From assembly GCA_963797095.1 (NCBI GenBank), contig CAWCNY010000005.1, forward strand, positions 615,425 through 679,424: a stretch of DNA of 64,000 nucleotides. The letters run 5' to 3'. The number at the start of each line of letters is the position of its first letter. Within the stretch, counting starts at the first letter, position 1. Below are positions 59,168-64,000 of the stretch, piece after piece. The DNA is from an uncultured Chloroflexia bacterium (GTDB lineage: Bacteria; Chloroflexota; Chloroflexia; QHBQ01; JADMIH01). Made by a program: the position numbers and the translations under genes. The notes beneath the pieces were generated by a model that worked only from the letters and a program-made list of their open reading frames with translations, searched no databases and was not told the DNA's origin.

Positions 59168-61807
59168 ATGCCATTAAGAGCGCCACTTTCGTGGCTTCGA
59201 GAGTATCTTGAGCTAACGGCTTCGCTTGAGGAGCTTGCGCGGCGGCTTACGCTGGCGGGGCAGGAGGTGGAGCATATCGTGACGGTCGGTGATGAGTGGG
59301 AGAACATCTACACGGGGCAGGTAGTGAAACTGGAGAGGCATCCCAACGCCGACCGGCTGAACCTGGCTACCGTGGAATACGGGGCGGATAGCGCGATCAC
59401 GGTAGTGACGGGAGCGCCGAATATCGAGGAGGGGCAGAAGGTGGTGCTGGGGTTGCTGGGGTCGAGGTATATCGACCAACATCAAGATCCATCAAAGGAT
59501 GCGTTACCACGCAATGGCCTTAAGTGGTCGCGCCTGAAGCCCGCCAAGATACGGGGCGTGCAGACCGAGGGGATGGTGATGTCGGAGGCGGAGCTGGGGT
59601 TGTCGGAGGAGCACGAAGGGATTATCGTGTTGGACCCCGGCACGCCACTTGGCTTACCGGCGCGTGAAGTGCTTGGGGATACAGTGTTGCAGATAGATGT
59701 GACGCCTAATAATGGGCGGGTGCTGAGTATGATCGGGCTGGATAGGGAGATCTCCGCGATATTCGGGGGAAAGGTGCAGTGGCCTTCGAGCGAATGGCAG
59801 GCCGGCGGGCCATCTGTGCATGACGTACTGAAGATAGAGATAGCGGACCCCGATCTGTGCTCTCGGTACTCGGCGGCGGTGATCAAGGGGGTGCGGCTTG
59901 GGCCTTCGCCCCAGTGGATGCAGAAGCGGCTCACGCTGGCGGGGATGAGGCCGATCAGCAACATCGTAGACATTACCAACTATGTGATGCTGGAGATGGG
60001 GCAACCACTGCATGCGTTCGATTACAACACGGTGGAGGGGCACAAGGTGATCGTGAGGCGGGCGCGGCCGGGCGAGAGGCTGGTGACGCTGGACCACGTG
60101 GACCGGGCGCTTGATCCTAATATGCTGGCGATCTGCGACGTTGAAAGACCGGTGGGGTTGGCGGGGGTGATGGGCGGATTGAACAGCGAGATCGAGGGGG
60201 AGGAAGGCGATCGTGTTGATGTGCTGCTGGAATCGGCGCATTTCGACCCCGGCAACACAAGGCGAACGGCGAGGCTGTTGCGTTTACCTTCGGAGGCGTC
60301 ACATAGGTTCGAGCGGTTCGTTGACCCCAATTTGACGGTGCCCGCATTGAAGCGAGCCGCAGAGTTGATGCGGCAGTTGGGCGATGGGACTATAGCGGAG
60401 GGATATATAGATGAATATCCGGTGCCGAGCAAGCCAAAGCGGATGATGTTCTACACGTCGGAGGTGGAGCGGTTGCTGGGGATCAGGGTGGCACCAAGCC
60501 AGGTGGCCGATGTGCTGCGTAGGCTTGAGTTCGGGGTGGATATTCCGGACAACGCCGACGTGGTTGGGCAGGATACCACGCTGATGGTGGACGTTCCTAC
60601 GTACAGGAACGATGTGGTCATACAGGCCGACCTGGTGGAGGAAGTGGCGCGCATCACGGGCTACGACCTGATCCCTGAGACGTTGATCGTGGGGGGCTTG
60701 CCTCCACAGGAAGTGAATGCATCACTGGAGACGGAGGCGGAGATCCGCGATCTGATGGTGGCGTGCGGCATGGACGAGGTGATCAACTACTCGGTGACCT
60801 GGAGCGGTGCGCTTGAGAAGATGGCGGAGATGGGCGAAGGACGAAGGGTGAAGGGCGAAGGACGAGCGGAGTATGACGCCTGGGATACGGCCCGCCTGCT
60901 GGTTACTATCGTGAACCCGGTCAGCAGCCGCCAGGATGTCATGAGGCCGACCCTGCTGCCTAATATGCTGGATACGTTGAGGAACAACTTGAAGATGCAG
61001 GCCGAAACACCGGTGCGTATCTTTGAGTTGGGCAAGGTGTACCTTTCGCCGACCGAGGCAGAGATCGAGGCGCGGCGGGAGGTTATGCGGAAGGAGCGCG
61101 AGAGGTACCCGCGCATGAACCAGTGGCCGCCCGTGGAGAACGAGGACAAGATGCCTATCGAGCCGCGCAGGATGATGGGGATGATGGCGGGGCCGCACAC
61201 GCCCCGTTCTCTGTACGCGCCCGACAGCGAGAAGGCAGAGGAGATGCTCGATTACTTCGATGCCAAGGGCGTGGTGGAGGAGTTGATAGGGCAGATGCAC
61301 ATCGCGGGAGTGGAGTGGGTGCCTGTGGATGCGCCACTGTTCCACCCCGGCAGGGTCGCCATGCTGCGGAAGGATGGCGTGGAATTGGGCGTGGTCGGAG
61401 AGTTGCACCCCAATCTGCTGGCGGAATGGGAGGTGCCCGCGTCGCGGGTGGCTGCCTTCGACCTGGACGTGGAGGCGCTTATAAGCGCGCTGCCTAACAG
61501 GGTGCGGTATAAGACGATCAGCGCGTACCCGCCTGTGAGACAGGATATGGCATTCGTGGTTGATGAAGGGGTGGAGGCGGCGCGAGTGGCGGAAGGGATC
61601 AGGCGAGCAGGAGGCGATGCCGTGACGGGCGTGAGCCTGTTCGATATCTACCGGGGCAAGCCTGTGCCGGAGGGCCGCAAGAGCCTGGCGTTCGCCGTGA
61701 CGCTCAACTCGCCGGAGAAGCCGCTGAGCGAGGAGGAAGTGGCGCGGATACGAAAGAAGATCGAGGGAATGCTGGCGAGGGAGCTGGGAGCGCAGTTGCG
61801 CAGCTAA
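59168..61807 (+). CDS. pheT: Phenylalanine--tRNA ligase beta subunit
   Basis: The domains are present in order: tRNA-binding (OB), B3/B4, the B5 region, and the C-terminal FDX-ACB domain. There are insertions, including a Gly/Glu-rich segment around 60830. Confidence 0.95.
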   Translation: MPLRAPLSWLREYLELTASLEELARRLTLAGQEVEHIVTVGDEWENIYTGQVVKLERHPNADRLNLATVEYGADSAITVVTGAPNIEEGQKVVLGLLGSRYIDQHQDPSKDALPRNGLKWSRLKPAKIRGVQTEGMVMSEAELGLSEEHEGIIVLDPGTPLGLPAREVLGDTVLQIDVTPNNGRVLSMIGLDREISAIFGGKVQWPSSEWQAGGPSVHDVLKIEIADPDLCSRYSAAVIKGVRLGPSPQWMQKRLTLAGMRPISNIVDITNYVMLEMGQPLHAFDYNTVEGHKVIVRRARPGERLVTLDHVDRALDPNMLAICDVERPVGLAGVMGGLNSEIEGEEGDRVDVLLESAHFDPGNTRRTARLLRLPSEASHRFERFVDPNLTVPALKRAAELMRQLGDGTIAEGYIDEYPVPSKPKRMMFYTSEVERLLGIRVAPSQVADVLRRLEFGVDIPDNADVVGQDTTLMVDVPTYRNDVVIQADLVEEVARITGYDLIPETLIVGGLPPQEVNASLETEAEIRDLMVACGMDEVINYSVTWSGALEKMAEMGEGRRVKGEGRAEYDAWDTARLLVTIVNPVSSRQDVMRPTLLPNMLDTLRNNLKMQAETPVRIFELGKVYLSPTEAEIEARREVMRKERERYPRMNQWPPVENEDKMPIEPRRMMGMMAGPHTPRSLYAPDSEKAEEMLDYFDAKGVVEELIGQMHIAGVEWVPVDAPLFHPGRVAMLRKDGVELGVVGELHPNLLAEWEVPASRVAAFDLDVEALISALPNRVRYKTISAYPPVRQDMAFVVDEGVEAARVAEGIRRAGGDAVTGVSLFDIYRGKPVPEGRKSLAFAVTLNSPEKPLSEEEVARIRKKIEGMLARELGAQLRS

Positions 61808-61834
61808 ACTCGACAAAGGAAAGGGAAAGCTGTT

Positions 61835-62560
61835 ATGCGAGTGGCCGCAATCTACGATGTGCATGGGAACCTGCCCGCGCTTGAGGCGGTGCTCGATGAG
61901 GTTCGTCAAGCGAAGGTGGACTTAGTAGTGGTGGGCGGTGATGTGCTTCCAGGCCCAATGTCACGCGAAACAATTGCCTGTTTGCTGGACCTCGAAATAC
62001 CTGTAGAGTTTATACAGGGCAACGGCGAACGCGAGATGCTTGCGCTGATGGCAGGCTCGGATGCGGTCGGCATCCCTGAGAGGTTTCGAGAGGGAGTGCG
62101 TTGGGTAGGCAGGCAGGTTCAGCCTGAATATGAGGGGCTGATAGCAAGCTGGCTCAAGACAGTCTCAGTAGAGATCGATGGGTTGGGGGAGGTGCTGTTT
62201 TGCCATGCGACACCGCGCAACGATACCGAGATATTTACCCGGCTCACGCCCGAAGACCGCCTCTTGCCTGTCTTTGAGGGGGTTAGTGCGCGCCTGGTCG
62301 TGTGCGGGCACACGCATATGCAATTTGACCGAACGATAGGAGGGGTGCGGGTCGTGAATGCCGGGAGCGTGGGAATGCCGTATGGGGAAGCAGGGGCGTA
62401 CTGGCTCTTGTTGGGGCCTGACGTTGAGTTTCGACATACGCGCTATGACCTGGCGGAAGCAGCTGAACGCGTTGGGAGCACTGATTATCCGCAGGCACAA
62501 GATTTCGCGGCAAATAATGTATGCTGCTGCCCGGCAGGGCACCTTACCTTCTGTGCCTCC
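61835..62560 (+). CDS. Metallophosphoesterase (calcineurin-like). Its 3' end runs into IS-derived sequence, so the true stop is uncertain.
   Basis: The DVHGN, GDVLPGP, GNGE and GHTH motifs are present. The ORF continues to 62695 through sequence that encodes a transposase fragment on the other strand. Confidence 0.75.
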
Positions 62561-63570
62561 CAATCCACCGCAAAACAGCCCGCCGCATACCCTTTACCGG
62601 CTTGCGCTTGCCAACTACTGTCATCAGGTAGCGGTCCCACTAATCGCACCTCGTACTGCTCCTTACTGGCTACTAATCGGGCAGAGTTGACGTAGCCAGC
62701 ATCAACCAGGTGTTCAGTTGGTAACAGATCGCGTTCTTTCAGCGCCTGGTGGATCGGTTCTAATGATGCCTCATCCGTGGCGGTGGCCGAGGTGGTTTCT
62801 ACGTGGGTGATCAGATGGGGTGTATCATCATCACAAGTCTCGGTGATATGAACCTTATAGCCAACCCAACGCTTTTCCCGTTTGTTGCCGGTGCGGGCCT
62901 CAACATCATAAGGCGAGACAATCAACAAACCGGCAGGGGGTAGGTCATCCACTTCCCGCCAACGCACGATTCCATCCTTGTCTGGAGCATGGAATTGCTG
63001 CAACCAAACCGCTCGCAAAACCTCTACCTGGGGCAGCCATCGTAAGCCCCTCGGCGCCCCTTCAGCATAGATCGCACTCAGCAAGCGTACCCCATCAGCA
63101 CCGATTATGGTGGCCATCGCTCTTCTGGCTTCTTTGCCTTTTGGTAGGTGATAGTCACTGGCGCGATGGCTGTAGCGCTCGACCCACTCGGGCTCGATAA
63201 GGGGGCCAAGCCAGTGGGGGTCTGCCTCTGCCAACTCATTGAGAGCTGAGCGCATGGTTTCAACACAATTGACCAGACGGCCCACCGATCGTACCGCCGC
63301 TAGTACGTGAGTGGAGTCAGTGCGAGCACGCCCCCTTGCTTTGAGTAATCCTCGATCTTGTAGCGCTTCGAGCAGGGTATCAAGCAAGCGCATTTCGAGG
63401 CCACCAGCGATTAGGCGGGTGCGAAACTCGGACAAAACAGAGCTATCAAAGCCAGGATGGTGCAGCGGAAGGGCAAGAGCATATTTCCAAGCGAGGTGTC
63501 CGCGCACGGCGTCGGCGGCTTGTTCATCGCTCAGCAAATAATGTGCTGAATCCTCCTTCGGAGGAAGAAG
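62485..63570 (-). pseudogene. IS5/IS1182-family transposase fragment lacking both the N-terminus and the C-terminal part of the DDE domain
   Basis: A DUF772-like block is present (HLAWKYALALPL...GFDSSVLSEFRTRL). The first DDE-region signature is present (WVGYKVHITETCDDD). The fragment opens straight after a stop codon and ends about 200 aa short. Confidence 0.6.
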
Positions 63571-63582
63571 CGCTCAAGGTGT

Positions 63583-64000
63583 TTACCCCGGCTGAATTGA
63601 AGTAGACGTTTCGCGCATTGCGATAAGGGGTGAGAAGAGCAGCCAGAGAGCCGCTACGAAGAAGCCGCCCACGGCTACCAGCAAGGTGAAGCGGGCGCTG
63701 GTGGAGGTGGCAAGCACACCGGCTACGATAGCGCCGAGGGGGCCCGCGCCGCCTGTGAGGAACTGGGTGGTGGCGATCACGCGGCCCAGGAGGCGGGATG
63801 AGGTGGTCATCTGGCGCAGGCTGTTCTCGCCTATTTGATAGACCTCCCAGGCTATGTCGCCCAGGAACTGGGCCAGGAACATCATGACAATCACCAGCAC
63901 GACAGGGCCTGCGGCGAGAGGCACAAGTAGCTCGAAGGTGGAAGTTGTAAAGGCGGCCAGCACGAGCAGGCGGCCCAACCCGAAACGCCGCGCGAGCCGC
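63583..64000 (-). CDS. MFS transporter, C-terminal portion. The gene continues beyond the window end.
   Basis: Transmembrane helices and an MFS-like loop are present (RRFGLGRLLVLAA). The ORF stays open to position 64000. Confidence 0.6.
   Translation of the reverse strand, partial: RLARRFGLGRLLVLAAFTTSTFELLVPLAAGPVVLVIVMMFLAQFLGDIAWEVYQIGENSLRQMTTSSRLLGRVIATTQFLTGGAGPLGAIVAGVLATSTSARFTLLVAVGGFFVAALWLLFSPLIAMRETSTSIQPG

Overview
This is a GC-rich bacterial chromosomal window. Gene content and leader architecture point to a Chloroflexota-like organism, but that is a low-confidence inference. There are no rRNA, tRNA or CRISPR features that I could see. Contents in order:

- 1-8.1 kb: an envelope/polysaccharide-type cluster with a GT1 glycosyltransferase, a large polytopic membrane protein, a nucleotidyltransferase, a dTMP-kinase-like P-loop kinase, a Wzx-like flippase and a CPBP protease.
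- 8.7-15.6 kb: a four-gene signalling cluster: a GntR-HTH::REC fusion, two paralogous hybrid histidine kinases, and a REC::HD-GYP regulator.
- 16.8-18.7 kb: gyrB.
- 19.1-31.7 kb: a long minus-strand stretch containing a secreted tandem-repeat protein, an orphan OppB/OppC permease pair, an epimerase, three tandem MFS transporters, and a DUF2089 / alpha-beta hydrolase / DUF4097 stress module.
- 32.4-37.5 kb: a GATase1 (C26) hydrolase, hutI, a solo NYN-domain nuclease in a lower-GC islet, asparaginase II and an O-methyltransferase.
- 38.4-48.7 kb: a DUF1786 gene plus murI, then the conserved rseP-dxr-(membrane protein)-uppS-frr-pyrH-tsf-rpsB block.
- 49.2-55.4 kb: a GrpB and YcaQ-like pair, a GT39/ArnT-like glycosyltransferase, and a LiaF-like / PspC / PspC module.
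- 55.6-57.5 kb: a decayed IS1634-like insertion sequence with recognisable terminal inverted repeats.
- 57.5-61.8 kb: a Phe T-box leader followed by pheS-pheT.
- 61.8-64.0 kb: a metallophosphoesterase whose 3' end abuts an IS5/IS1182-like transposase fragment, then a partial MFS gene at the window end.

The most unusual aspect is the non-coding repertoire:

1. Five copies of a modular, hairpin-rich mosaic intergenic element (BIME-like), with compensatory base changes that preserve its stems.
2. Many arrays of tandem heptanucleotide repeats, comparable to cyanobacterial STRR repeats. They are intergenic, flank the IS element, and are translated in-frame at the 5' ends of dxr and uppS and inside the GT39 gene.
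3. A second ~100-bp repeat family present upstream of two unrelated genes.
4. A small GGGCGAG...CTCGCCC hairpin family.

I could not identify a single known named system such as a defence island. The candidates for something new are the mosaic repeat family and the heptamer-repeat system, with the GntR::REC fusion as a separate unusual gene architecture. All calls below are by eye from the sequence and the supplied ORF track; no searches were run.
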